IMG/VR virus record: IMGVR_UViG_3300022562_000520
Span: 1-64,000 of that record
Source: a virus
Reading direction: 5' to 3' (one strand)
DNA length: 64,000 bases
In this document: positions 46,585 to 57,107 of the stretch, piece after piece
Position numbering within the stretch: position 1 is the stretch's first letter
Layout: the number at the start of each line of letters is the position of its first letter
Notes under the pieces: model-generated
Seen by the model: the letters and a program-made list of their open reading frames with translations, nothing else
Database searches by the model: none
What the model was told of the DNA's origin: nothing
Program-made: the position numbers and the translations under genes

Positions 46585-48573
46585 TTAACCTTTTCTACCA
46601 TTTCGTCCATATGTTCTATTTTTAACTTCACCAACTGTTCGTTCTTCGTTTGTTTTATCATAGGTGCGTGTACCTCGATGTCCTACAGTTGTTGATGAGG
46701 TTGTTGTTGGTTCTTTTATAGCTTCTTTCGTTGGTATATTTTTGTCACGCGGTTTAGTATTGGATGTTGTTTTATCAGAAACTGGAATACTCATTAAATC
46801 TAATTCTTGTAAAAATTCACCATCTGAAAACATTTGTTTAACACCAAATATCATATAATATCCCTTATACCAAAAGTCTTCATATTCTGTGTTAAAGTCA
46901 TTAGCATCAACGGGCATCTTTATATTTACTTTGCAAAGAGTTGGCGTTTTTAACCATTCAGGATTTATTGTCTTATTTTCTTTTGCATCTTCTGTCTTAC
47001 CAGCTGCTAACTCGGAAGGAAGAATTAACAATTCGCCCAATAATTGCGGATTACCAAAAATTGTCATTTTAGCTTCTATATTTTCCAGTGCAGCATGGCG
47101 GCTTAATAACGCTTGAAAAGTTGCACTACTTACAGGATTTTTTGTATTACGAGCCATGGGTTGTTTAATTATAGAACCTAAAAACAAAGGTGTTTTTGGT
47201 CTTGTATTGTTTGCTTTATTAGCAGGAGACTGACCACTTTGATGTGTCATACCATTTATATCAGCTGTAAGTTTTGTTTTTTGGTCTGGAACTGTATCTG
47301 TAGTAGCAGCTATTTGAAAGAATGCCATACCCATTTCCATTTTAATATCGAAACTTTTAATGTCTACATTTTTACCAGTAAAAATATAATTAAAATCTAT
47401 GGATTGGCCGGGTCTTGGTTTATATTCTTCACCTTTAGAAGCTGCATCAAATGGTTGTTCAATTAATTCATATCTATTAACATAATATTGTACTACAAAT
47501 TTGTCGTGGGCAGATTTTAACCCTGATGCGATTTTGTAAATATATCTTTTACCACTATCACCTTCTGTTCCATCCTTAATAACACCTTCACACGAGGCCA
47601 TTAATTTTTTAATTATTTCTTCGACGCCCAAATCTGAACCAAAATTATATGGGGTGTCAGAACCCCTACCACCTACTCTAATAGGTTCATTTGATGCGGC
47701 TTGATATTCAGACTTATCGTAATCTGGTGCAATTATTTCATATGTAACTGGTCTATAATTATTTTGATAAAACTGTTTTGCTTGTTGGGCAGCTGAATCC
47801 TCCGAAATAGCATTTCCAGTTTTCTTAGCTTCTTCATATAGTGTGTTGGCATAATCTTCTATAGCCTGTTGTTCATATTCCTTATATGAATCATTAACAC
47901 GCAATGCCAATCTCTCAAAAGTTTTTGCTAATGTTTCACCTTGTACAACATTTATAGAAACACCATTAAAAATCTTTTGCGTGTGTGGTAGTTTACCTAG
48001 ACCATTAACAGCCCCAACAAAATTCATTTTATATTTTGCACCAGAGCTATCAAATAATGCTGTAATATCGTAGTTTATAAACAAAAGTGGACGAATATTT
48101 GATATCATTTCTGTAGAACCATCGTCATTATGTCCAACAAAAATAGTCTTTAAAACAAATATCAAACCTACAGGATCAGTTTCTAAATCATCACATATAT
48201 CAGTTAATCTATTAAGAAAACTTGCGCCGAGCGGTTCTACTATTTCTAGTTCACCTTCTAATGACATAGATGTTGATTGTGGTATATCACCCTTACCAAC
48301 ATAATTTTCCATTGCTATTATATTTTCCCACGATGCATTAATAATAAAAAACCGCGCATCTGTTGTACCATCTATAATAGTTACATACTTATTATTAGGA
48401 TTTCCACCTATTTGTCTTGGTGTATATCTTGCCTGATTAAATGGATGTTGAAAAACGGTTATCTCACTAGTGTTTGATAACTCTTCGGCTGCTTCTGTAC
48501 TATTACAGGCCATAAGAATGTGGTGATAAGCGTACGACCTGAATTTTCCAAGTATATTCTGTGGATTTGACAT
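46585..48573 (-). CDS. baseplate hub protein (gp27-like by position)
   Basis: N-terminal NILGKFRSYAYH; C-terminal MTIFGNP...GYYMIFGVKQMFSDGEFLQELDL; precedes the spike gene. Confidence 0.65.
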   Translation of the reverse strand: MSNPQNILGKFRSYAYHHILMACNSTEAAEELSNTSEITVFQHPFNQARYTPRQIGGNPNNKYVTIIDGTTDARFFIINASWENIIAMENYVGKGDIPQSTSMSLEGELEIVEPLGASFLNRLTDICDDLETDPVGLIFVLKTIFVGHNDDGSTEMISNIRPLLFINYDITALFDSSGAKYKMNFVGAVNGLGKLPHTQKIFNGVSINVVQGETLAKTFERLALRVNDSYKEYEQQAIEDYANTLYEEAKKTGNAISEDSAAQQAKQFYQNNYRPVTYEIIAPDYDKSEYQAASNEPIRVGGRGSDTPYNFGSDLGVEEIIKKLMASCEGVIKDGTEGDSGKRYIYKIASGLKSAHDKFVVQYYVNRYELIEQPFDAASKGEEYKPRPGQSIDFNYIFTGKNVDIKSFDIKMEMGMAFFQIAATTDTVPDQKTKLTADINGMTHQSGQSPANKANNTRPKTPLFLGSIIKQPMARNTKNPVSSATFQALLSRHAALENIEAKMTIFGNPQLLGELLILPSELAAGKTEDAKENKTINPEWLKTPTLCKVNIKMPVDANDFNTEYEDFWYKGYYMIFGVKQMFSDGEFLQELDLMSIPVSDKTTSNTKPRDKNIPTKEAIKEPTTTSSTTVGHRGTRTYDKTNEERTVGEVKNRTYGRNGRKG

Positions 48574-48585
48574 TATATTCTCTTA

Positions 48586-48945
48586 TTATTTTATAACTTT
48601 ACCGCCTTCCGTTTTCGTCATTATATCTAACGTTAGGCGTTGTTTTGTTGGCATAACAATTTCTGCACCTGCAACAAGTTCTGTTACCGGGTCTACAATG
48701 TTGTTATATTGTAGAACTATCCATGCATAAGTTGCTTTACCATATAGACGATATGATAATAAATCTGGTCGTCCTGCTTCATGTTCACGCACAGTTATTC
48801 TAAGATCGTTGTCTTGTTTTTCTAGTGCACGTCTTTCCCACCAACCAAGTCTTTTGGTATATCTGTCTGTTAATCCGCCTTGTACCATGCGCGAATTTCT
48901 ATTATCTACCGAATTTGTATTTCTATCATCAATACTGTAAGCCAT
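48586..48945 (-). CDS. baseplate wedge protein, gp53/LysM-like
   Basis: GRPDLLSYRLYGKATYAWIVLQYNNIVDP motif. Confidence 0.8.
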   Translation of the reverse strand: MAYSIDDRNTNSVDNRNSRMVQGGLTDRYTKRLGWWERRALEKQDNDLRITVREHEAGRPDLLSYRLYGKATYAWIVLQYNNIVDPVTELVAGAEIVMPTKQRLTLDIMTKTEGGKVIK

Positions 48946-48947
48946 AA

Positions 48948-49673
48948 TTAAAATCCTTGTAATATTCCTTTTTTGTACGCATCCAAATTAAACCCTTCAT
49001 ATGAATTGGGTGAATGAGTTTCAATTAATGCTATATCAATATTCATTATTAGTGGCATTGGTACACCATTTGATGTAGTTATATAATCCATATCATTAGG
49101 ATAAGGTATTGTGAGTTGTTGTATAACAACAGGAACGCGGTTTATATGTTGTGAAACGTTCCATATGTTTGATGTATTACCAGATTTATTTTGTTTAGTT
49201 TCCGAACCAACATTTCGTGAATAGGCGCTCAGATAAAGAACTGGTGGTGGTGCACCCAATAATTCAGTACCATAGTATCTTTCCAAGTCTTCTTCATTAT
49301 CTGATTGTGGTCTATATGGATCGTATCCGCCTTGTTCTCTGCGTGAACGGGCTTGTCGCTGGCCATCTTCTAATGTGGTACTGTTTCCAAACCGTGGCAT
49401 ACACCATGCGCGAAGTGTCCAAAGCTTTGCCAAGTTTCGGTCGGCTTCTTGAATTGTTCTAGAAATTAATTTAACGTCCGATATTTGAAAGGTGCGTGAA
49501 GCGGTATTCTTATACACCTGAATTTGACCGGGTGCGTGTAATGGGTCTAAAGAACCATAATTGACGCTTCTATTTTCCGAAACAGTTGGTGATGCATCAA
49601 AAGATACAGTTTTTCCGCCGCGAGACGCAGCCGTCAACCTTACTTTATAGGGATTTTCTTGCGATTTTGCCAT
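48948..49673 (-). CDS. tail tube initiator-like protein (gp48/gp54-like)
   Basis: YKNTASRTF, GAPPPVLYLSAY, PVVIQQLTIPYPNDMDYI motifs; first gene of the baseplate operon. Confidence 0.6.
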   Translation of the reverse strand: MAKSQENPYKVRLTAASRGGKTVSFDASPTVSENRSVNYGSLDPLHAPGQIQVYKNTASRTFQISDVKLISRTIQEADRNLAKLWTLRAWCMPRFGNSTTLEDGQRQARSRREQGGYDPYRPQSDNEEDLERYYGTELLGAPPPVLYLSAYSRNVGSETKQNKSGNTSNIWNVSQHINRVPVVIQQLTIPYPNDMDYITTSNGVPMPLIMNIDIALIETHSPNSYEGFNLDAYKKGILQGF

Positions 49674-49699
49674 ATAATTTCCTTAACCTATGTTACTGA

Positions 49700-49707
49700 T
49701 ATTTATT
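49700..49707 (-). promoter_or_regulatory. late-type promoter AATAAATA for the baseplate operon
   Basis: ATAAATA core 27 nt upstream of ATG 49673. Confidence 0.6.
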
Positions 49708-49711
49708 ACAG

Positions 49712-49740
49712 TTGACATAGCTTAAAAAGTGATATATAAT
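49712..49740 (+). promoter_or_regulatory. sigma70-type promoter for the gp55-gp47-gp46 unit
   Basis: TTGACA-17nt-TATAAT, perfect consensus. Confidence 0.85.
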
Positions 49741-49760
49741 ACTGATAATTGGAGAATAAA

Positions 49761-50282
49761 ATGGCAAAAGAAGAACAAAAAACGCCACCCAAGAAAAAAA
49801 CTAACTATTTAAGAAATAAAGACTTGCTTGTTGAAGTCATAGCCTGTAAAGAAACAGGCGTAATGTCAGACACACTAGCAAGAATGCTTCAATTACTTAC
49901 AGCAAAATATGGCCGGTCAGCGCAGTTTGGCGGTTATACTTTTAATGAAGATATGCAGGCATATGCGATGATGATGTTATGTAAAACGTGGTCTAGTTTT
50001 GACCCGATGCGCAGTGATAATCCATTCGCATACTATACGCAAAGCATTAAAAATTCATTCAAACAATTCTTAAATCGTGAAAAAGTTCAAAGGGTTGTAC
50101 GAGATGAATTATTAGTTAAACGTGGTTTAAATCCATCGTTTACATACTTGGCTGAATATGCAGATTCCGATCATCACCATGTCCATGATGAAGAAGATCA
50201 CAACCAAGTAATGCAGGACATGAAAGATATAAATGATAGTGAAGATAGTTCTTCAGATGATTTAATTTCTTTCGACAAATAA
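49761..50282 (+). CDS. gp55: late-transcription sigma factor, T4 gp55-like
   Basis: NYLRNKDLL, FGGYTFNEDM, FDPMRSDNPFAYYTQ; gene order 55-47-46. Confidence 0.88.
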   Translation: MAKEEQKTPPKKKTNYLRNKDLLVEVIACKETGVMSDTLARMLQLLTAKYGRSAQFGGYTFNEDMQAYAMMMLCKTWSSFDPMRSDNPFAYYTQSIKNSFKQFLNREKVQRVVRDELLVKRGLNPSFTYLAEYADSDHHHVHDEEDHNQVMQDMKDINDSEDSSSDDLISFDK

Positions 50283-50312
50283 TATAACTATAAAAAATAG
50301 GAAATAATAAAA

Positions 50313-51377
50313 ATGGGAAATCAGCCTAGGTTGATGAAAGGCGCATTTTTCAGCGATATACACGTAGGTGCTAAATCGAATTCACAACAGCACAATGATG
50401 ACTGTATGGAATATATTAACTGGTTCTGTGATAAGGTTAGATCAGATCCTGATATAGACTATGTTTGTTTTTGTGGTGATTGGCATGAAGTTAGAAACGC
50501 TGTCAATGTATTCACTTTAACATATTCTTACCAAATTGCTTCCAAAATCAATGATTTAGGTCTTCCAGTATTTTTTATCATAGGAAACCACGATTTATAT
50601 AATAGAAATAACAGGGAAATATATTCAGTTATTCCTTTTCACGAATTTGAAAACTTTACCATAATTGATAAACCTACCGTTTTTGACAACATTGGTGATG
50701 GTGTATTGATGTGTCCATTCCTATTTCATGAAGAATACCCTAGTTTAATTGACTACAATAACATTCCTTTTTGGGTAGGGCATTTTGAATTTAAAGGATT
50801 TATAGTTACAGGTTATAATATTACCATGAAAACAGGCCCAGACCATACGGACTTTTCTGCGCCAGAAAATATTATTTCTGGACATTTTCACAAACGACAA
50901 ACTAGTGGTAATGTAACTTATATCGGAAATACGTTTCCTACAAACTTCAGTGATGCTGATGACAGTGAACGAGGTATGATGGTATTTGACCATGGTACTA
51001 AAACTATGGTATTCTATGATTGGGAAGATTGTCCAAGATATACAAAAGCAAAATTAACAGATATTGTTGGTGAAAAGGTTACACTTTACCCCAAATCGCG
51101 GGTACGCTGCATTGCAGACATTCCTATAACTTATGAAGAAAGTATAGAGTTAAGAAGAACTTTTATGGAAGGTTATAATTTGCGGGAATTTACAATTGAA
51201 GAATCTATTGAAATTCATGAAGCATTAACGGATACCGAGGTTGATATTGATATGGCGGCTGAAGATGATGGAAAAGATCTTGGTTCGACAGACGAAATGG
51301 TAATTGACATGTTAAAGGCTATAGATTCAGAATTAATTAATAGCGACTTGTTAGTAGACATATACCAAAAAGTATAA
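50313..51377 (+). CDS. gp47: Mre11/SbcD-like nuclease (gp47)
   Basis: SDIH, GDW, GNHD, GHFE, SGHFH phosphoesterase motifs. Confidence 0.93.
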   Translation: MGNQPRLMKGAFFSDIHVGAKSNSQQHNDDCMEYINWFCDKVRSDPDIDYVCFCGDWHEVRNAVNVFTLTYSYQIASKINDLGLPVFFIIGNHDLYNRNNREIYSVIPFHEFENFTIIDKPTVFDNIGDGVLMCPFLFHEEYPSLIDYNNIPFWVGHFEFKGFIVTGYNITMKTGPDHTDFSAPENIISGHFHKRQTSGNVTYIGNTFPTNFSDADDSERGMMVFDHGTKTMVFYDWEDCPRYTKAKLTDIVGEKVTLYPKSRVRCIADIPITYEESIELRRTFMEGYNLREFTIEESIEIHEALTDTEVDIDMAAEDDGKDLGSTDEMVIDMLKAIDSELINSDLLVDIYQKV

Positions 51378-51403
51378 CATAAAAAATAAAAAATAATAAT
51401 GTA

Positions 51404-53698
51404 ATGATTAGGTTTAAAACACTTTCGATTAAAAATTTTCTTTCTTATGGTGAAGCACCAACAGTGATCAATCTTGATGATGTTGGCACTACATTAATAG
51501 TTGGGGAAGATTTAGATAATACTGCAAGCGGTACAGGTGCTAATGGTGTTGGAAAAACTGTTTGGATAAATGCACTTATCTATGCTTTATATGGTAAACC
51601 CATATCTAAAATTTCCATGGACAATCTTATTAATAATATTAATAAGAAAAATATGGAAGTAGCGGTTGAATTTGAAAAAAATGGTGAATTAATTACCGTA
51701 ATGCGTGGACGAAAAATAACAGGCGTTGGTAATTTATCAAAAATATACATTCGTCCGGCTGGAACAGATTTAAATTTAGATAGTACGGAACAAGATAAAA
51801 CACCAGCCAATCCAAAAGAATTTGATAATTTTATCGTGGAAAAACTTGGCATACCATATGAACTGTTTGTTCGTATAGTTGCTTTTGCTGCTACTCATAC
51901 GCCATTTTTAGAACTCCCTGTTCGTGCCGCATCAGGTGCAAACCAATCAGATATTATGGAAGAATTGTTTAGATTAACCCAATTATCTGTTAAAGCTGAA
52001 GGACTTAAAGAAGCAATAAAAGACACCAAACAGCGCCTTGAAATTAAAATTAAACACAATGAACAATTAGAAAAAGAACACAATCGCCATAATATACAAT
52101 TGGAATCTGCACGTGCGCGTGTAAATGATTGGGAAGAAACCCGCAACGATGATATTGAAAAGATTAAAGTTGAATTGACAAAGTTTGAAAATGTTCCTAT
52201 AAAGGAACAAGAGTCACTTTATAAGCGTATTGATAAGGTTAAAACTGAACTTCTAAAAGTAAAAGAAGAACAGAAAGAAGTTGAATCTGTGGTTACTAAA
52301 ATAAGTACCGAATATACAATAGCCACAACTAATATTAAACGCTTCAAGGAAGAAAAGGAAAAAATTGTAAACTGGAAAGACGAAAATATTAAAAAGGCCG
52401 CAGCATATAAAGAGGCCGCAGAAAGATTGCCCGAAGCATATGTCCTTTCAAAGCAGAAAGAATTACATGATGGATTAACGGTTTTAACAGAAGAACTAGA
52501 CGAGTTGAATTCAAAAAAAGCCGATTTGGAATATTTTATAAAAGATACAAATAAAATTACAGAAAAACTCCAAGAAGAACTTCAACACCTTGAAGAAGCG
52601 AAGTGTCCATATTGTTTACAGAAATATGAAAGTAAAGATAAAATAAAGGATGCTCAACATACCATAAAAAACAAAAAGCAGGAAGAAGTTGATGCCACAT
52701 TACTTTTAGATGTTGTTATAAAAAATATTAGCGGTACTAAAAATAATATTGACATGATATCTGAAGAAATCAAATATACTGTTAAAGAAATAGAAAATTA
52801 TGAACGTGAACGTGTAGAATATGCTAAGAAAATGGAAGAACTTCTCAACGAAAAATGTCCATATGGTGATAAACATGGTACGGGTGATTTGATTGATGCG
52901 ATACACATTTTAGAAAAAGAGGCTGAAGAATTAAAAGAACGATTGGATGAAGAAGCTGATCGTTTAGTAGAAGTAGATGAAATAGTATCTGCACTCGAAA
53001 AAGAAGTTTTACAATGTAAAAATGCTATTACTATTTCATCGATTGATGAATTATACCAGATTAAAAACAAAATTATACAACTTAAAGATAAGATTAAAGA
53101 ACTTGAAGATTCAGTAAACCCATATTTAGAACCATTAAAAGAACTAGAGATGATTGAGCTTGAACCAATTGATATGGATTCTATAAATGAACTTGATAAT
53201 TTGATGAAGCACCAAAACTATTTATTGAAACTTTTAACCAAAAAAGATAGTTTTATTAGAAAGACGCTTTTGAATAGAAACCTTTCATTCTTAAATCATC
53301 GATTAAAGGAATACTTAATTGCCCTAGGTCTACCGCATAAGGTTGAATTTACTCATGAAATGACAGCCCATATTTCACAATTTGGGCGGGAACTTGATTT
53401 TGGCAACCTATCTAGCGGTCAGAAGGCGCGTGTTAATCTTGCGTTGTCGTTTTCATTCAGGGATGTGCTTCAAAAATCACATGATAGTATAAACGTGTGT
53501 ATGCTTGATGAAGTTTTAGACGTTGGCCTCGATTCAGTAGGTGTTCAAAATGCCGCAAGAATGTTAAAACGAAAAGCACGCGATGAAGATTTAGCGCTTT
53601 TCATAATTTCCCATAGGGATGAAGTCAGCAACATTTTCGATAAGAAAATGGTAGTTCAAATGACAAAAGGTTTTAGTTCTGTAAAAGAAGAAGAATGA
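51404..53698 (+). CDS. gp46: Rad50/SbcC-like ATPase (gp46)
   Basis: Walker A GANGVGKT, CPYC hook, LSSGQ signature, LDEVLD, ISH. Confidence 0.95.
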   Translation: MIRFKTLSIKNFLSYGEAPTVINLDDVGTTLIVGEDLDNTASGTGANGVGKTVWINALIYALYGKPISKISMDNLINNINKKNMEVAVEFEKNGELITVMRGRKITGVGNLSKIYIRPAGTDLNLDSTEQDKTPANPKEFDNFIVEKLGIPYELFVRIVAFAATHTPFLELPVRAASGANQSDIMEELFRLTQLSVKAEGLKEAIKDTKQRLEIKIKHNEQLEKEHNRHNIQLESARARVNDWEETRNDDIEKIKVELTKFENVPIKEQESLYKRIDKVKTELLKVKEEQKEVESVVTKISTEYTIATTNIKRFKEEKEKIVNWKDENIKKAAAYKEAAERLPEAYVLSKQKELHDGLTVLTEELDELNSKKADLEYFIKDTNKITEKLQEELQHLEEAKCPYCLQKYESKDKIKDAQHTIKNKKQEEVDATLLLDVVIKNISGTKNNIDMISEEIKYTVKEIENYERERVEYAKKMEELLNEKCPYGDKHGTGDLIDAIHILEKEAEELKERLDEEADRLVEVDEIVSALEKEVLQCKNAITISSIDELYQIKNKIIQLKDKIKELEDSVNPYLEPLKELEMIELEPIDMDSINELDNLMKHQNYLLKLLTKKDSFIRKTLLNRNLSFLNHRLKEYLIALGLPHKVEFTHEMTAHISQFGRELDFGNLSSGQKARVNLALSFSFRDVLQKSHDSINVCMLDEVLDVGLDSVGVQNAARMLKRKARDEDLALFIISHRDEVSNIFDKKMVVQMTKGFSSVKEEE

Positions 53699-54621
53699 TG
53701 AAATTTAGAAAAGTTACCTTTAATAATAATGATTATGGAATCGTCACAATTGATGATGAAGCACCCACGAATATTGTAGAATTTGATTTAACCCAAATAC
53801 ATTTAGTTGAAAATCCCATGCCTGGAATGGAAGTACAACCATCTAATATGTTATTGGAAATTGGTGATTTACTTTATGTCCATGGAACAACCCACGTATA
53901 TGATGGGACAACATGGTTATGTGTTGATGTTGTTGAAACTAATGATGAAATTTTTATGCAAACTCCAATAAAAAGCCACCCCGGACGTGTATACCCACGT
54001 GCAGATAAAACTATCAGATTAGATGTATCTGAAACAAAAACAATGTCTTATTGGAATAAAGGTATAGATGGTAAATGGCACATGTTCGTTACTGTTGAAG
54101 AAGGTGGAAAAGTTAAGGATAGATATATCGACGGTTTAATTGTCGATAAAAAACAGTGGGATGAATTAGTAGTTCCTCCCGCAGATTGTTGTATAGATAC
54201 ACCAAAAACAGAATCTCCGCATAAATACAACAAATCATTAAACATAATGGAGAAACAGATGAACGACCAAGATACACTTCTTGCAGCTAAAACAGTAATT
54301 AAAGACGTAATGATACATCACCTTTTTGAACCTATCGACAGGATAACCTTTTCTTCCATGGAAAAAATGATTATTGATAGATTGATTGATACTATCGATA
54401 TTGATTTTTCGGTGGATGTGGATTTATATAAAGATGATGATGTAAAAGTCAAACTTATTCTTTACTGGAATGATGATATACACAAAGATACAGTAATTAC
54501 AGCAAGTTATGCTGATTGTCCTGTTTTCTTTGATGGTGAAAAGAATGAAAGACCTGTAACAAAAGAATCTGAAAAGGAAATTAAATTTCGCGCATTTGAT
54601 GATGCGATGGGAGTTGTATAA
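53695..54621 (+). CDS. hypothetical protein
   Basis: 308-aa ORF coupled to gp46. Confidence 0.75.
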   Translation: MMKFRKVTFNNNDYGIVTIDDEAPTNIVEFDLTQIHLVENPMPGMEVQPSNMLLEIGDLLYVHGTTHVYDGTTWLCVDVVETNDEIFMQTPIKSHPGRVYPRADKTIRLDVSETKTMSYWNKGIDGKWHMFVTVEEGGKVKDRYIDGLIVDKKQWDELVVPPADCCIDTPKTESPHKYNKSLNIMEKQMNDQDTLLAAKTVIKDVMIHHLFEPIDRITFSSMEKMIIDRLIDTIDIDFSVDVDLYKDDDVKVKLILYWNDDIHKDTVITASYADCPVFFDGEKNERPVTKESEKEIKFRAFDDAMGVV

Positions 54622-54962
54622 TGAAGTACTGGAAGGAAGATGAAGTTCAAGTTCTTCCTTATTGGGAAGGTAGTAGAATTTTACCATATCATCATCCTGC
54701 TTCTAGGGTTGTAGACCATGATACAGGTTCAACAGTCTTTGAATGTGAAATTATTCCTTTTACGGAAAGAGAAGCGGAATATATTGACCATATTGAAAAA
54801 ACACTTGTAACTGGAAAATGTGTAAAGGTTGAAATTCGTGAATGGAGCGCAAATAGTTTAATGGGCGTTCGTCATGAAGTAGTATCATTAAACAGTATGG
54901 GATATCTTGAAGAACCTGATAATAAAGATGCCACGTTCGCACGGGCAATGAAAATTGTATAA
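54621..54962 (+). CDS. hypothetical protein
   Basis: 113-aa ORF with TAATG coupling. Confidence 0.7.
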   Translation: MKYWKEDEVQVLPYWEGSRILPYHHPASRVVDHDTGSTVFECEIIPFTEREAEYIDHIEKTLVTGKCVKVEIREWSANSLMGVRHEVVSLNSMGYLEEPDNKDATFARAMKIV

Positions 54963-55065
54963 TAATAACATAATATAACTTGTTATTATTAAAAAAGAAT
55001 TTATAAGTTATTGAATTCTTTTAAATGTGTAGCTAAATACTACCGTTTATAAGGACAATAACTAT

Positions 55066-55734
55066 ATGTACATATGTTACCAGTGGACTTGCACTGCAAA
55101 TAATAAAAAATATGTTGGTGTTACAAAAAATACACTCAATGTTAGGTGGCAAAGACATTGCTACGATGCCGATAATGGTAGTCAGTGCCTATTTCATAAG
55201 GCAATACGAAAATATGGTAAGGATGCCTTTAATGGGGTTATTTTAGCTACTACCAAAAGTGAAAAAGAAGTTTTATCACTTGAAAATAAGTACATTGAAG
55301 AAAATGGTACATTAGCAGATAAACATGGATATAACTTAACTACAGGTGGTGAATATCCAAAACTTAGCAAAGAGTTACGAAATTATTTGTCAGAAAAGGC
55401 TAAACAAAGAAAGCCAGTTTCTAATAAAACAAAAAGAAAGTTATCAAAAAGTCTTAAGGGAAATACCAATAAAAAAGGTAAATTGTTATCCCAAAAGACC
55501 AAAGATAAAATTTCTGAAAAATTAAAGGGGACAAAACAACCCGAATACGTTAAAATAAAACGTAGAGGTCAAAACCATTACAATGCTAAAAAAGTAATGG
55601 TGGATGGTACGATATATGCTACTATTTTAGAAGCCTCAGAAAAGTTAAGTATTCCTTATGGGACGGTTTATAATCGTATTAAAAGTTTAAATACTAAGTT
55701 TGGTAGTTATCATCTAATAGAAGGATGTGTATGA
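55066..55734 (+). CDS. GIY-YIG homing endonuclease with NUMOD3-type basic repeats (Seg-like)
   Basis: CYQW...KKYVGVT...RW..H, AIRKYG, LENKYI, GYNLTTGG, TKRKLSKSLKG repeats. Confidence 0.88.
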   Translation: MYICYQWTCTANNKKYVGVTKNTLNVRWQRHCYDADNGSQCLFHKAIRKYGKDAFNGVILATTKSEKEVLSLENKYIEENGTLADKHGYNLTTGGEYPKLSKELRNYLSEKAKQRKPVSNKTKRKLSKSLKGNTNKKGKLLSQKTKDKISEKLKGTKQPEYVKIKRRGQNHYNAKKVMVDGTIYATILEASEKLSIPYGTVYNRIKSLNTKFGSYHLIEGCV

Positions 55735-56213
55735 TGCGCATCCTTGGAATAGACCAAAGCTACACTTCTACTGGAATAGTGGTTTTGGAAAATGGTAAAA
55801 TGATTTATTCGGAACGTTTCGTATCAGATAAGGAACGGGATCGTTTTGGTCAGGCATATGAAATAGCTTTACATATCGCAAGTGTATATGATAAATTTGC
55901 ACCTGATATTGTAGCTCTTGAAGGACTTGCCTTTGGAATGAAAGGTAATGCGACTAGGGATTTGGGTGGATTACAATTTGTAATTGTTTGTCACCTTCAG
56001 GAAGTTAAAAAACAACCTGTAAAAATTATTGCTCCTCTAACTGTGAAAAAATTTGCTACAGAAAGTGGACGAGCGAAAAAAGAAGAAATGATAGAAAGCT
56101 TGCCCAAAAATATCTTAAAAGAATTTGAGGATATGGGGTTAAAGAAAACTACAGGGCTTGCAGACCTTGCTGATGCATACTGGATTGCAAAGACAGTAGA
56201 GAACTTAAAATAA
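55731..56213 (+). CDS. ruvC: RuvC-like Holliday junction resolvase
   Basis: ILGIDQSYTSTG, VALEG, TVKKFATESGRAKKEEM, DLADAY. Confidence 0.88.
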   Translation: MMRILGIDQSYTSTGIVVLENGKMIYSERFVSDKERDRFGQAYEIALHIASVYDKFAPDIVALEGLAFGMKGNATRDLGGLQFVIVCHLQEVKKQPVKIIAPLTVKKFATESGRAKKEEMIESLPKNILKEFEDMGLKKTTGLADLADAYWIAKTVENLK

Positions 56214-56225
56214 AAGGTAAAAAGT

Positions 56226-56450
56226 ATGGCAACATACACATACAAATGTACAAATGAAAAATGCGATCTTAACACGCTGGCTGATGAGCCTATAATTTTA
56301 GAAGTTCAACAAAGTATGAAAGACGAACCACTCACTATTTGTCCAGATTGTAAGAAAGAAACATTAAAAAAGGTTATAATGTCCGCAGGTGGTGGATTCC
56401 GAATTGGCGGAAAAGGTGTACATAAACCGACAGCGCACTGGGGCAGTTGA
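56226..56450 (+). CDS. FmdB-like zinc ribbon protein
   Basis: MATYTYKC...C...QSMKDEPLTICPDC...LKKVI...GFRIGGKG. Confidence 0.85.
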   Translation: MATYTYKCTNEKCDLNTLADEPIILEVQQSMKDEPLTICPDCKKETLKKVIMSAGGGFRIGGKGVHKPTAHWGS

Positions 56451-56755
56451 TGGGCTGCTGGAAGGAAGATATTAAAAATCTTACTTCCAGTGAAAATCCT
56501 CTCTCCTTTTATAACTGGATACAGATATTAAATTTTTTTGAAAACCATAAAAACGAATTAGATATAGAAGATGTTCAATTAATAGTAGATAGATCAGAAA
56601 AAATTAGATTATATGTAAATGAAGAATATCGTTCAAGGATAGAACGATGTGAAGTACGACCAAATGTATATCTACATTTGGAAAATCTCAAGGAAGAAAA
56701 AAGCAGAAGTGACATACAAGTCAACGAAGACAATCTTATTGCTTGTCACCAATAA
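56447..56755 (+). CDS. hypothetical protein
   Basis: 102-aa ORF overlapping the previous stop. Confidence 0.6.
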   Translation: MMGCWKEDIKNLTSSENPLSFYNWIQILNFFENHKNELDIEDVQLIVDRSEKIRLYVNEEYRSRIERCEVRPNVYLHLENLKEEKSRSDIQVNEDNLIACHQ

Positions 56756-57075
56756 GTCGGTGTACGGTGCCCAACTTGAAGCGTAAGCTATTGCGGCTAG
56801 TCCATCGTTAGATGAATATCATTAAAAGGTAGAAATCAGATATGCTGCGGTATTCCAGATTTCACACGTTATGGTGGTAGTTTTCCACTAGGTAGCCGTG
56901 ACCCCTTCGGACATTGACCTTGGTTTTTATAACCTAAACGAGGGAAGGGGATAATTTATCCAACAATTAGACATAAAATAAAACAAGCCAGCGCATATAT
57001 GGCAAGCGATAGCGCAGACATATATGGCTCGGCTTCACCAAGTGCGCAGCACGTAGGTGGACCTGGAAAACTTGC
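56756..57075. other. GC-richer intergenic region with several inverted repeats (possible ncRNA or origin-related element)
   Basis: CCCCTTC/GAAGGGG (56902-56950), GTGG/CCAC, AAGCC/GGCTT enclosing two CATATATGGC copies. Confidence 0.45.
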
Positions 57076-57107
57076 TTTTAATCAATTGCTGTGATAAACT
57101 TGTACAG

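Noticed and set aside
12517-48477. Many short opposite-strand ORFs in the track (e.g. 14035-14739, 25950-26294, 42630-43037)
   Set aside because: They are antisense shadows of long, well-supported genes and lack SD sequences or recognisable motifs.
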